DNA from: an archaeon
GTDB taxonomy: Archaea > Undinarchaeota > Undinarchaeia > Undinarchaeales > JBDRKL01
NCBI GenBank assembly: GCA_043814055.1
Contig: JBDRKL010000004.1
Span: forward strand, 80,518 to 144,517
Length of the DNA stretch: 64,000 nucleotides
Direction: 5' to 3'
Both the position numbers and the translations under genes were made by a program. Shown here piece after piece: positions 35,249-44,521 of the stretch. Below the pieces are notes generated by a model. It saw only the letters and a list, made by a program, of their open reading frames with translations, made no database searches and was not told where the DNA came from. The number at the start of each line of letters is the position of its first letter. Position 1 is the stretch's first letter.

Positions 35249-35842
35249 ATGGCAGAAGAAAAGAAAGAAAAGAATTGGTGGAGAAAATACACCAAGAAGC
35301 ACTTGGAAAACTCTGAATCAGATGAGCCAGTGCAGGAAGCTCCAACAACGGAGAGTGCTGCACCCGAGGAAGAAAGCACTGCGCCTGAGATTGACATCTC
35401 TGACCCTTTCTCCGAGCTTAATACAATAATGCAGAGAAACCTTGACGGCATTATCAAGAATATGTTCAGCAGGGACGTTTTCCGTTTCCCTGAGATGCCC
35501 GCCACGCTGAAGATGGACGGGGGGATTTTCAGAAAGCCAAGGGCAACAGTTCACGAGACTGACAAGGAAGTTTTTGTCGCAATTGAAATGCCGGGCGCGA
35601 ACAAGGGCAATATCAAGATAACCGTGGACGGCTTGAACTTAATCATAGACGCTCAGACAAAGAGCGAAAAGAAGCGCGAGGGATTCTCAAGCTCGTCCTA
35701 TCAGGGTTTTAGGAACATCATAAGATTGCCGTGCGAAGTCTTGAAGAAAAAAGCCAAGGCAGAATACAAGCAGGGAATCCTGAAAGTTACTCTGCCAAAG
35801 AAGGAAGTTTCTGACGAGCCTGGTGACATTCCTATTGAATGA
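35249..35842 (+). CDS. Small heat shock protein Hsp20
   Basis: EMPGANK, IIRLPCEV, AEYKQGILKVTLPK. Confidence 0.9.
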   Translation: MAEEKKEKNWWRKYTKKHLENSESDEPVQEAPTTESAAPEEESTAPEIDISDPFSELNTIMQRNLDGIIKNMFSRDVFRFPEMPATLKMDGGIFRKPRATVHETDKEVFVAIEMPGANKGNIKITVDGLNLIIDAQTKSEKKREGFSSSSYQGFRNIIRLPCEVLKKKAKAEYKQGILKVTLPKKEVSDEPGDIPIE

Positions 35843-35844
35843 AG

Positions 35845-36330
35845 TTATTTTATAACTTTGACAATTTCAATGCTACCATCAATTAAGGCCTCAGTTGCAT
35901 ATTTTTTGTCAGTACCTTTCCAATAATACTTTATATGCTCTTGAGCCTCCTCAAGCTCCTCTTTGCAGTGTTTTTTAATTATTTTCAAAACTTCTTCTTC
36001 ACTTTCAAATCGCTCACGAGCGTCTACAGCTATCATAGCTTTGTTCAACCAAAGCCCTGCTTGCAGAACCCGATCCATTCTTGTAAAAAATGGTTCTCCC
36101 TCTATAATTCTTACTTTATAGCAGTGATCATATAGTTTTGATATATTTTTCCGCATTTCTACAAACAGGGCTTTTTTTCTTGAGGGTCGGTTCCTCGGCC
36201 GTTTGAGCTCAAATAGCGTTTCGTATGTTCTTCTATGCAAGTTATATTCTCTGAAGTCTCTTTCACATGATTTTAATATATCCCCAACTTTGTAGGTCTT
36301 GTTTGATGAGTGATAATATGTATCTTCCAT
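35845..36330 (-). CDS. Putative ADP-ribosyltransferase-fold protein
   Basis: YYHSS...KVGDIL N-terminus resembles Arr-type FYHGT...GDLL; RPSR..ALF; C-terminal TEAL; AT-rich; start 36330 inferred. Confidence 0.5.
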   Translation of the reverse strand: MEDTYYHSSNKTYKVGDILKSCERDFREYNLHRRTYETLFELKRPRNRPSRKKALFVEMRKNISKLYDHCYKVRIIEGEPFFTRMDRVLQAGLWLNKAMIAVDARERFESEEEVLKIIKKHCKEELEEAQEHIKYYWKGTDKKYATEALIDGSIEIVKVIK

Positions 36331-36343
36331 ACGGTCCTCTCTA

Positions 36344-36883
36344 CTATACCACAAAGTACTCTCTTATCGCGTTCCCAAAATTGTGCGCCACTGCAGGGCC
36401 GCAGGCGGTTAGAATATTGTTGTCTGCCACGACTTTTGTCTCGGTGAACATTCCGCCTGCGGCTTCAATTGCCTCGCGCTGTTTTCCGTCGCCGTTCCAG
36501 GCTGTGAGCTGCTTGTCCTTTACAATGTTTGCCTTAGCAAGCGCGAGCGGGGTGATGCAGATTGCCGCCACGAGCTTTTTTGCGGAGTTGAACGCCTGAA
36601 CTTTTTCAATTATCTTCTGGGTCGTGCCTGTGTCATTGTTTAAGACCTCTGCCATCCCAGGCCCGCCGATTAAAACTATGCCATCATAATTATCAACCGC
36701 GATGTCTTCTATCAAAAGTTTCGGGGTTGCCTTGCCCCCGTCAGCGCCGTAGAGTTGTTCCATAGTGTTGCTCGCAATATCAACTTCAAACTTCGGCTTC
36801 TGCGAGAAACTCAGCGCGCTCTTGGTTTCTATGAGTTCTGCGTCCCTGAAGTTGTCAGTCACTATGAATGCAAGTTTTATCAT
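36344..36883 (-). CDS. DJ-1/PfpI family protein
   Basis: NFRDAE, LIGGPG, AAICITP nucleophile elbow, ILTACGP. Confidence 0.9.
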   Translation of the reverse strand: MIKLAFIVTDNFRDAELIETKSALSFSQKPKFEVDIASNTMEQLYGADGGKATPKLLIEDIAVDNYDGIVLIGGPGMAEVLNNDTGTTQKIIEKVQAFNSAKKLVAAICITPLALAKANIVKDKQLTAWNGDGKQREAIEAAGGMFTETKVVADNNILTACGPAVAHNFGNAIREYFVV

Positions 36884-36950
36884 ATTATCACTTATAGCAA
36901 CCTTTATATTTAATTCTTATTATAGAGTAGGTTACTTGGTGCACAAATTG

Positions 36951-37030
36951 CACCAGTGCTCAATTGGCTGGGTAGTCCTGCAGCATGACAAATATCCTGC
37001 AGGACAGCTTGTCAACTGAGCTTGCAGTTG
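36951..37030 (+). repeat. Multi-hairpin repeat element (type A) in tRNA-Thr leader
   Basis: GGTA 36971-74, stem GTCCTGCA/TGCAGGAC, 15-nt loop GCATGACAAATATCC, 7-nt linker, 18-nt hairpin CAACTGAGCTTGCAGTTG 37013-30. Confidence 0.75.
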
Positions 37031-37147
37031 CCTCGATAGCTCAGTTGGTAGAGCGTTACCTTGGTACACGGCACGAGAATCGTGCGCGATTCCGACTGCC
37101 GTCGAAACAGGTAAAGGCCGGGAGTTCAACTCTCCCTCGGGGCTCCA
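37030..37147 (+). tRNA. tRNA-Thr(GGT) with 42-nt intron at 37/38 (37067-37108), CCA encoded
   Basis: Acceptor GCCTCGA/TCGGGGC, D stem GCTC/GAGC, anticodon stem TTACC/GGTAA, anticodon 37063-65, TTCAACT loop. Confidence 0.93.
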
Positions 37148-37199
37148 ACATTAAAGAATAAACATATAAACGAACTAGCTTGATTTGAGGTGAGGAATA

Positions 37200-37622
37200 A
37201 TGAAAAAATTATTGATAGTTTTAATATGTTTGATGTTAAGTGTTATTATTGCTGGCTGTATTGGTCAAGGAGATGGTACAGGCAATTCGACTATAAACAA
37301 ATGTGAAAATCTTTCAAATTATCCTGTAGATAAAGCACATTGTTATTCTGATGTAGCACTAAAGCAAAACAATCCACTATTATGTGAAGACTTAGGCGAA
37401 ATGGGCTATAAGGGCGTTTGTTACTTTGATATTGGAAGCAAAACAGGAGATGTATCTGTTTGTGATAATTTAGAAGGGGCACTAGGTGTATATGTTTGCT
37501 ATAAGGATGTTGCAATTGCTTTAAAAAATCCAGCAATCTGTGAAAAAATTGTGCCTGCTCCAGGAGTCACAGAATTTAATTTAGAATATTTGCAAACATC
37601 TTGTATTGAGGGGGCATCATAA
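37200..37622 (+). CDS. Cys-rich putative lipoprotein
   Basis: Signal peptide ending IAGC; repeated Cx(9-12)CY..VA motifs; very AT-rich. Confidence 0.75.
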   Translation: MKKLLIVLICLMLSVIIAGCIGQGDGTGNSTINKCENLSNYPVDKAHCYSDVALKQNNPLLCEDLGEMGYKGVCYFDIGSKTGDVSVCDNLEGALGVYVCYKDVAIALKNPAICEKIVPAPGVTEFNLEYLQTSCIEGAS

Positions 37623-37698
37623 AGTTCGTAACGGTGCTTTTTAATATTTCATTGGAGGTTCTAGGAACCGGCAAAAATATGGTAGCAGGTTTCTAGTG

Positions 37699-37724
37699 GT
37701 GGGTTCAATTCTCTCTCAAGGCTC
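37699..37724 (+). repeat. Degenerate copy of tRNA-Thr 3' end (att-like scar)
   Basis: 20/26 ungapped identity to 37120-37145. Confidence 0.55.
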
Positions 37725-37732
37725 TCAATTTT

Positions 37733-38356
37733 CTAAAACATCCCTGCAGAACTCTCTATCGCTTCCCTTGCCCCGCCGATAATCGGTTCCATATGCCCAG
37801 CAAGCAAATTTTCCACGTCAAGCTCTCTGAGTTTTTTCAATGACTCGTGCAGTTTCTCAATATTACCGCCAATAAAATCAGTCCTGCCAACGCCCTGCGG
37901 GAAAATAGTGTCCCCTGAAATCAAAGTTTTAGTTTCAGAATCATAGAGGCAAATACTTCCTTCTGAATGACCGGGGGTGTGAATCACTTCAAACCCTGCG
38001 AACTTCTCGCCCTCTTCAAACTTTATATCAACTTCAACACCCTCGGCTGGCTGCATTATCGTGTACTCGTCTGCTACTTCAACGTGCGGCGCGTCCAATT
38101 TGTGCACTGCAAGCTTCGCCCCAGCCTCTTTCAGCAGTTTATTCCCGCCAATGTGGTCGCCGTGGCAATGCGTATTAATTATAAGGTCAAGCTCGCTGAG
38201 TTTTAAAACCTGTTCAATCTGCGCAATTCTTTCTTTTTCAAATCCAATTCCGCCCGAATCAATCAAAATATTCTTTTCACCCATGAGCAAATAAGAATTT
38301 GAATCGCCGATTGTTTTTTCTCTAAAGCAATATATGTTGTCGAGTATTGGTTTCAT
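37733..38356 (-). CDS. Metallo-beta-lactamase fold hydrolase (glyoxalase II-like)
   Basis: THCHGDH, HTPGHS, SGDT, AGH. Confidence 0.92.
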   Translation of the reverse strand: MKPILDNIYCFREKTIGDSNSYLLMGEKNILIDSGGIGFEKERIAQIEQVLKLSELDLIINTHCHGDHIGGNKLLKEAGAKLAVHKLDAPHVEVADEYTIMQPAEGVEVDIKFEEGEKFAGFEVIHTPGHSEGSICLYDSETKTLISGDTIFPQGVGRTDFIGGNIEKLHESLKKLRELDVENLLAGHMEPIIGGAREAIESSAGMF

Positions 38357-39624
38357 TGTCTTGGTTGCAACTTGTTGACCCTCAGGAACTTTCTTATCAT
38401 CTTCAAATCTTCGTTAATCTGGCTCCCAACCATCTCAAATCTCTTCAAATCCTTTGCAGGGTCTTCCCCCACCTTTATTTTATACAGGAAGTCTGTGTAG
38501 TTGACTCTGCTGTCAAACATCCTATGCCGCGCTTCTGCTGTTCTGTTTTTGACATCTTTGTATACCTTGCTGCTCCTCGTCATTTCCTTTAAGCTGTTAT
38601 ACAGGTGCTCTCCTAAAATTGGCTCTGAGGTGTCAAGCATATGGACAACTAGCGGAAGTTCCATAATAATTTCATTTTGAAGGCTGGTGGTGCTTTTTGA
38701 GTGCAGCGAAACGTGCAGTTTTTCTTCCCGTTCCATTCTCACCACTTCTTCATACACAATTTTCTTGAGCCTCAGCTCATTAATTTGCTCAGGGGTTGGC
38801 ACAAAGCCATCTTTAAGAAGGTCCTCAGTCAGTACCCTTTGGAATCCTTTTGTGTCGTCCCAAATAAAGAGGAGGTCAAGGTCAGCATATTTTGTCGCGT
38901 CACCCCTAAGCGTTGAACCAAAGAGTGAGAAAAGGTATGTTCTCCCAATCTCCTGATTCCCCACGCCAAAGGTATCTTTTATCTTCTTGGCCATGCGGCT
39001 GACAATAACTTTTGCATTTTCATGACGTTTTCTGCTGGCTGCTTCCATTTCCATATGCAGTTTTTTCACCTTGGCATCCACCACGGACTTTTTGTAGGAA
39101 AATGCTGTAAAAAACCTCCACTTGTAACTGTCATCAATTATGATATTCCACCGGGTGGGGTTCTTGCTGCTTATTTCAAACATCACCCTGTCAGCTATTT
39201 TGTATTTATCATATACGCAATCATGCTCCGGCTCTATGTATGGAAGCTTGTTATAGTCAGATGGAAGTATTTGTGCAACTTCATCCATACTGATTCCCAT
39301 AGTATCACTAATCTCTTGGGGCGTAAGCGCATGATTCATTATGCTCTTCTGTATTCTGTAGGCATAATCATCAAGTGTTGACAGCATAAAAATGCCTATC
39401 TGGATTATGGTGTCTGAAAACTGGCGGAGCTCCTCTGTCCTGCTTTCGATCTCATCCTCACGGCACATAAACTCAACAATGGTGCCTTTGTCTGGGATGT
39501 GCCCCCCCTTCTCTGCACAATACACCTCAAATGAACGATGGCCCTTCTTTTGCAGTGCCTCTATTATCCTCCTTTCATCTAAAGTCTTTACATAGAAAAC
39601 TGCTTTAACTAAACGCTTTGTCAT
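38353..39624 (-). CDS. Multidomain protein with C-terminal Pol-beta-like nucleotidyltransferase domain
   Basis: LFGSTLRGDATKYADLDLL motif; N-terminal 280 aa unrecognised. Confidence 0.7.
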   Translation of the reverse strand: MTKRLVKAVFYVKTLDERRIIEALQKKGHRSFEVYCAEKGGHIPDKGTIVEFMCREDEIESRTEELRQFSDTIIQIGIFMLSTLDDYAYRIQKSIMNHALTPQEISDTMGISMDEVAQILPSDYNKLPYIEPEHDCVYDKYKIADRVMFEISSKNPTRWNIIIDDSYKWRFFTAFSYKKSVVDAKVKKLHMEMEAASRKRHENAKVIVSRMAKKIKDTFGVGNQEIGRTYLFSLFGSTLRGDATKYADLDLLFIWDDTKGFQRVLTEDLLKDGFVPTPEQINELRLKKIVYEEVVRMEREEKLHVSLHSKSTTSLQNEIIMELPLVVHMLDTSEPILGEHLYNSLKEMTRSSKVYKDVKNRTAEARHRMFDSRVNYTDFLYKIKVGEDPAKDLKRFEMVGSQINEDLKMIRKFLRVNKLQPRQ

Positions 39625-39848
39625 ATTCTACTCCCAAGGAAAACTGCTTTCAATTTTGCAAGTGTCCCCTTAATCTCCCTCTCTAGCTCTGCGCCATCGC
39701 AATAAATATCAATCATAAAACAGTCTGGGTCCCCTTCATCCATACTTATTTCTTTCATTATCCTAAAATGGTATCGCCTCAAGTTGAGCCGTTCTTCCAA
39801 TTTTTTCTTGCTTACTCCTTCAATGCTGAACATTAGGATTTTTTCCAT
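39621..39848 (-). CDS. Small hypothetical protein coupled to the NTase gene
   Basis: 75 aa, 4-nt stop/start overlap with 38353-39624. Confidence 0.6.
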   Translation of the reverse strand: MEKILMFSIEGVSKKKLEERLNLRRYHFRIMKEISMDEGDPDCFMIDIYCDGAELEREIKGTLAKLKAVFLGSRI

Positions 39849-39896
39849 GTATTAAAGATGGAAAACTATCTATATAAGAATTTTCTAAACTCGCTT

Positions 39897-40955
39897 ATGA
39901 AAGTAAAACTCAAGAATCAGTCAAAAAACTTTCGAACAGTTTGGTTTGAGTCTCCTCAAGTTGTTATGATTGACCAGCCAAAGCTCCCTTTCAAGTTCGC
40001 GATAAAGCGGTTCAAGACCTACAAGGAAACAGCAAAAGCAATTTCTGACATGATTGTGCGCGGAGCTCCTGCAATCGGCGCAACAGCCGCATACGCAACT
40101 GCGCAGGCAGTGCTTGAGTTCAAGGGCGAGGATGTGAAAAAGTTTGACGATTATATGCGCACAGCGTGCAAGCTCATCAAGTCTGCGCGGCCGACTGCGA
40201 TTGACCTCGCGCACGCGACAGACCGAGTTTACAACGCGGTAATCCGCTGGGATAATCTCAAGCAGGCCAAGATGATTGCAGTAGATGAAGCTGAGAAAAT
40301 TGCTGATGAGTATATTTCAATGAGCCGAAGAATTGGAGAGCACGGAGCAGAATTAATTCAGCACCGCGCGAGAATTCTCACTCACTGCAACGCTGGCTGG
40401 CTTGCTACAGTTGATTGGGGTACTGCGCTCGCTCCAATATTTACCGCACATAGGTCCGGGACAAAGCTCTTCGTGTTCGTTGACGAGACCCGGCCAAGGC
40501 TTCAGGGTGCAAGATTAACTGCTTGGGAGCTCGCGCAGGAAGGAATTGACCACGCGATAATCGCTGACAACGCAGCAGGATATTATATGCGCAAGGGTGA
40601 AGTGGATATGTGCATAGTCGGCGCGGACAGAATCGCAGCGAATGGCGACGTGGCAAACAAAATTGGCACCTATGAAAAAGCAGTTGTTGCGAAAGAGCAC
40701 GGAATTCCATTTTATGTTGCTGCGCCAAAGCCGACTTTTGACTTTGAGTGCAAGACAGGCGATGAAATTCCAATTGAAGAGCGGAATGAGAATGAAGTTA
40801 AGAAGATGTGGGGCAAAGAAGGCATAATAAGTGTTGCAAATCCAGGCTCGCCTGCGAAAAATCCAGCTTTTGACATCACTCCATCCAAGTTTGTGACAGG
40901 TTATATTACTGAAATTGGGATTTTGAAGGCCAATCAGCTCTCAAAACTTGGTTGA
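39897..40955 (+). CDS. mtnA: Methylthioribose-1-phosphate isomerase (eIF2B/MtnA family)
   Basis: VRGAPAIG, ARPTA, THCNAGWLAT, DETRP, GADRI, NKIGT, NPAFD; start 39897 inferred. Confidence 0.9.
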   Translation: MKVKLKNQSKNFRTVWFESPQVVMIDQPKLPFKFAIKRFKTYKETAKAISDMIVRGAPAIGATAAYATAQAVLEFKGEDVKKFDDYMRTACKLIKSARPTAIDLAHATDRVYNAVIRWDNLKQAKMIAVDEAEKIADEYISMSRRIGEHGAELIQHRARILTHCNAGWLATVDWGTALAPIFTAHRSGTKLFVFVDETRPRLQGARLTAWELAQEGIDHAIIADNAAGYYMRKGEVDMCIVGADRIAANGDVANKIGTYEKAVVAKEHGIPFYVAAPKPTFDFECKTGDEIPIEERNENEVKKMWGKEGIISVANPGSPAKNPAFDITPSKFVTGYITEIGILKANQLSKLG

Positions 40956-41107
40956 TTCTCTTCAAATTTTCACTCTTTTTATTGCTATTTATTCCCCATA
41001 TTCATAATAAATATCTTCATAGCGGTTTCACCAAGTTCCAAAACCTGCTTTTCCCAAGGCAAACTTATTTATATACTATATACGTACTGATTCCAAGGTG
41101 AATTTGA

Positions 41108-44100
41108 ATGGCCCCTAAATTAATGAAAATTGGAATATTAGTTGTACTTATAACACTCTTTGTCGCGCAGGCCGCATACGCGAATTGCACATACTCCGGC
41201 ACAGGGGATTGGATAATTGATTCCACTGAAAGCTGTGCCAATACCAGCGAAGTAATAACCCTTAATGGAAACCTTACTATTAATGGAGAACTTAATTTCA
41301 CCAACGTGACGCTCAAGGTCAATGCAACAACGCAGGGTGGTTTTAAGATATTCCTTAACGGCTCTACAACAAAATTCAATGTTTTCGGCGGCTCAAACAT
41401 AACCAACGAGAGTGCAGCCAACAGCTACAACATTACTGTTGACAATGGAACCCTCATAATAAACAATTCAGTTATTGAGATGCTGAACAACTTAACTCTA
41501 AGCAATAGCGCCTTAGCAAACTTCACAAACGTAACTTTCAACAGAAGCAACATAAGCATAGCTGACTCAACCTCAAACCTCACTGTAAAATGGTATGTTG
41601 ACGTCTATGTAAATGACACAAACGGAGTCAACACAAGCGCAACAGTTGTAATAAACGATACTGCCAATAACAATCACTTCTCTGGTGCGAGCAGTGCCTC
41701 AACCGGCATGATTACCCAGCAGGTCCTGCCTGAATTCTGGCGCAATAACGCAACTTGGTATTATTATTCATTGTATAATATATCTGCATCCAATGCCTGG
41801 GGCAGCAATAATACTACTTTAAACCTGACCTCGGACAAAACAGGCTCAAATAATATTACACTCACAGTTACTGCAGTGCCAAACTGCACAATAACTGCTC
41901 TAAACACTTCAATAACTCTGCCACCACTCGGCTTGCAGATAGTTGAAGTAAACATTACAAACACAGGCGGGCTTACAGACAATTTCACCCTGAATACGTC
42001 ACTCCCAACTGGGTGGTCCTATGACATTGTGAACAGCACAGTCTATAACATGGTGGCAGGTTCATACACTTCAGCAAACTTGCGCATAATTGTTGGTTCA
42101 AATGGCCAGCCCGACTCAATGCAGACGCTTACCCTCTACTGTTATTCGCACAGAAACGCTGGTGCGTTCAATACCTCTACAATGAATGTAACAGTTGACG
42201 ACGCTCTGGAATATGCAACTATAACTCAAAACGCAACGGACTGGATTGAAGGTAACGAGAGCAGTCAGGGAATATGGGGGCCGTCAAATTACACAACTGC
42301 ATGGGTCCTCTGGACTCTGAACACAACCGCAAATTCAAGCATCACAAACATCACGAACACAACCTCAATCTTCAACGCAACCCAGCACGCAAGCGGTTAC
42401 TGGCTTGATGATGTTTATGAAAATAATACTACAACTGCCATGGTCATAATCGCATATAAGGAAGCAGGATATGCAAACAATAGCACCAATGGGAATCTTA
42501 CTCTAGCTGCAAACTATTTGATGACCCAGGCAAAAGTTGATGCCAACCATGCCTGGCCATCAACAACAAACAATGCTTACACCACTGCCGTAATCCTAAC
42601 AGCACTTTACAAAGAAGGGACCTACAATTCTAATACCAGTGCAATAAATGCAACAAAATGGCTTGTTGGAAATCTGACAAACGCCTCAACAGGCAATTAC
42701 ACCTATTGGAGCTGGGGTAATAATACCACAAACACCTCTTGGGGAATTTGGGCTACAAAATCCGGTTATGGTTACGGGAACTTGAATAGTACTGAGCAAA
42801 CCAAGCGGAATGCAGCAGTACTCTGGCTCAAGCACAACCAATCCAGAGACGGCTACTTCGGCTCCAGCGCAAACATCTATGACACTGCAATGGCTGTAAT
42901 CGCACTTAAAGCAGAAGGTGTTGCTCTTACTGACACATGGGAAATTGACATTGACAAGAATTTCAGCACAACCTATGACCGCTACAATGCCTCGCTTGAG
43001 CAGGCAATTTACTGGATATACACGCAGAGAAACACCTCATCCGGCGGCTGGGGACTTTCTCCAACAAGCGCGCTGGGCTCTTCACTTGGAACACTTGCTT
43101 TAGGCGGCTCTTATGCAACTGTGAGCGGACAAGTTCAGGGCTCTGGGAATGCATCTGGCTTCAACATCACTGGGGTAAATGTCACATTCGGCTCATACAC
43201 TGCACAGACAAACAGCTCAGGTCATTACAAGCTGAACGTGCCTGCAGGCACCTACAGCTGGGATGTAGCTCATATAAACTTCACTGCTAACTCAAGCACT
43301 GGTTTTGTTCTGGGCAACGGCGAGTCCAGAACTCAAAACATTCTGATGCTGCCAGGGATAAACATTACTGGCTTCTACGGTACGGAGGAAACGTCAAACA
43401 AATATCTCTCAACAGCTTCTCCTGCAGCCAGCGCTACATACAACATCTCTGCAACCGCTGTCTACAAATACAATACCAGTAGGGGTGTAAATGGAACCTA
43501 CTACTACAGCTTAAACGTAAGCACAGTCTCCGGTCCATATGCGTCAAATGCCACAACTGGATATTTCATGCAGGGCGGATTGACCGCACCGGCCGTAACC
43601 GTACAAACGGCATACACAACCAATCTCTCAATCAATGACTCATACGGAAGCTACGCTGAAACAGCAAAAACTCTTACTGTAACAGTTGTAGCAACCGGCG
43701 ACCCAGCAACTGACTCAAGTGGCGGTCCACCTGGATCCACCTCAGACTACGGCCTTTCATTCCTTGAATACAGCCACGCAATCAAGCTTGCACAAGGTGA
43801 GACCCAAACAATTAAAGTCAAGATAAAGAACTCAGGGACGAAATCTCTTGAAAACGTTGCCCTCTCTATAGTAAGCATAAACAGCGACTGGTACTCCTCA
43901 AAAGTTTCAGGCACCAGCTCTGGAATTGAAGGGATGCTGGACAGCGGGGAAGTAGTGACCTATGATGTCACGTTCAACATACCTGCAACCGCGGATCCAA
44001 AAACCTACTCAGGCACCTGGCGCGTAAAGGACTCTGGGGGCAACGCGCTCGCAGAGAAGGCAATGAACCTGACAATCACTGGAACTGCAGTTACAACTGG

Positions 44101-44521
44101 TAATGGCACCCAAAACGAAACCAAAATAGGTGGGCTCGGGCTGACCCTGCCGGACATCTCTGGTTCAGGCGTTGTGATTATGCTTATAATCGTGCTCGGT
44201 GGTGCTGCAGCCGGCTTTGTAATCTGGTACAAGTTCTTCCGGATGGTGCCAATCTCAGACATAAAAAAGAACATAACAATGTACTCATCGGGCGGCGCCC
44301 GCCTTGAGGGTGTTGTGAAGTCCGTGACTGAAACCAAGAAGGGTAAGGTCTTTATGATAGCTGACCACACTGGCAAACTGCACGTGCGCTATCCATACTA
44401 CACAACAATTGAGAAAGGCGACCTGATTCGCTCAAAGGGCGTTATGAAAACCTACAAAGAAGTGCCGTACATGGATGCAGTTGACCTGCTCAGAGTTACG
44501 GTGAAGCACAAAGGGATGTAG
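41108..44521 (+). CDS. Large cell-surface glycoprotein with C-terminal TM and cytoplasmic OB-fold
   Basis: Signal peptide; N/T/S-rich; prenyltransferase/squalene-oxidase-like repeats (Q..DGYFG, GGWG); Ig-like domains; TM; EGVVKSV...FMIADHTGKLHV OB fold. Confidence 0.8.
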   Translation: MAPKLMKIGILVVLITLFVAQAAYANCTYSGTGDWIIDSTESCANTSEVITLNGNLTINGELNFTNVTLKVNATTQGGFKIFLNGSTTKFNVFGGSNITNESAANSYNITVDNGTLIINNSVIEMLNNLTLSNSALANFTNVTFNRSNISIADSTSNLTVKWYVDVYVNDTNGVNTSATVVINDTANNNHFSGASSASTGMITQQVLPEFWRNNATWYYYSLYNISASNAWGSNNTTLNLTSDKTGSNNITLTVTAVPNCTITALNTSITLPPLGLQIVEVNITNTGGLTDNFTLNTSLPTGWSYDIVNSTVYNMVAGSYTSANLRIIVGSNGQPDSMQTLTLYCYSHRNAGAFNTSTMNVTVDDALEYATITQNATDWIEGNESSQGIWGPSNYTTAWVLWTLNTTANSSITNITNTTSIFNATQHASGYWLDDVYENNTTTAMVIIAYKEAGYANNSTNGNLTLAANYLMTQAKVDANHAWPSTTNNAYTTAVILTALYKEGTYNSNTSAINATKWLVGNLTNASTGNYTYWSWGNNTTNTSWGIWATKSGYGYGNLNSTEQTKRNAAVLWLKHNQSRDGYFGSSANIYDTAMAVIALKAEGVALTDTWEIDIDKNFSTTYDRYNASLEQAIYWIYTQRNTSSGGWGLSPTSALGSSLGTLALGGSYATVSGQVQGSGNASGFNITGVNVTFGSYTAQTNSSGHYKLNVPAGTYSWDVAHINFTANSSTGFVLGNGESRTQNILMLPGINITGFYGTEETSNKYLSTASPAASATYNISATAVYKYNTSRGVNGTYYYSLNVSTVSGPYASNATTGYFMQGGLTAPAVTVQTAYTTNLSINDSYGSYAETAKTLTVTVVATGDPATDSSGGPPGSTSDYGLSFLEYSHAIKLAQGETQTIKVKIKNSGTKSLENVALSIVSINSDWYSSKVSGTSSGIEGMLDSGEVVTYDVTFNIPATADPKTYSGTWRVKDSGGNALAEKAMNLTITGTAVTTGNGTQNETKIGGLGLTLPDISGSGVVIMLIIVLGGAAAGFVIWYKFFRMVPISDIKKNITMYSSGGARLEGVVKSVTETKKGKVFMIADHTGKLHVRYPYYTTIEKGDLIRSKGVMKTYKEVPYMDAVDLLRVTVKHKGM

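Noticed and set aside
36932-37129. 65-aa Cys-rich minus-strand ORF
   Set aside because: Antisense to tRNA-Thr and the hairpin element; cysteines come from TGCA palindromes
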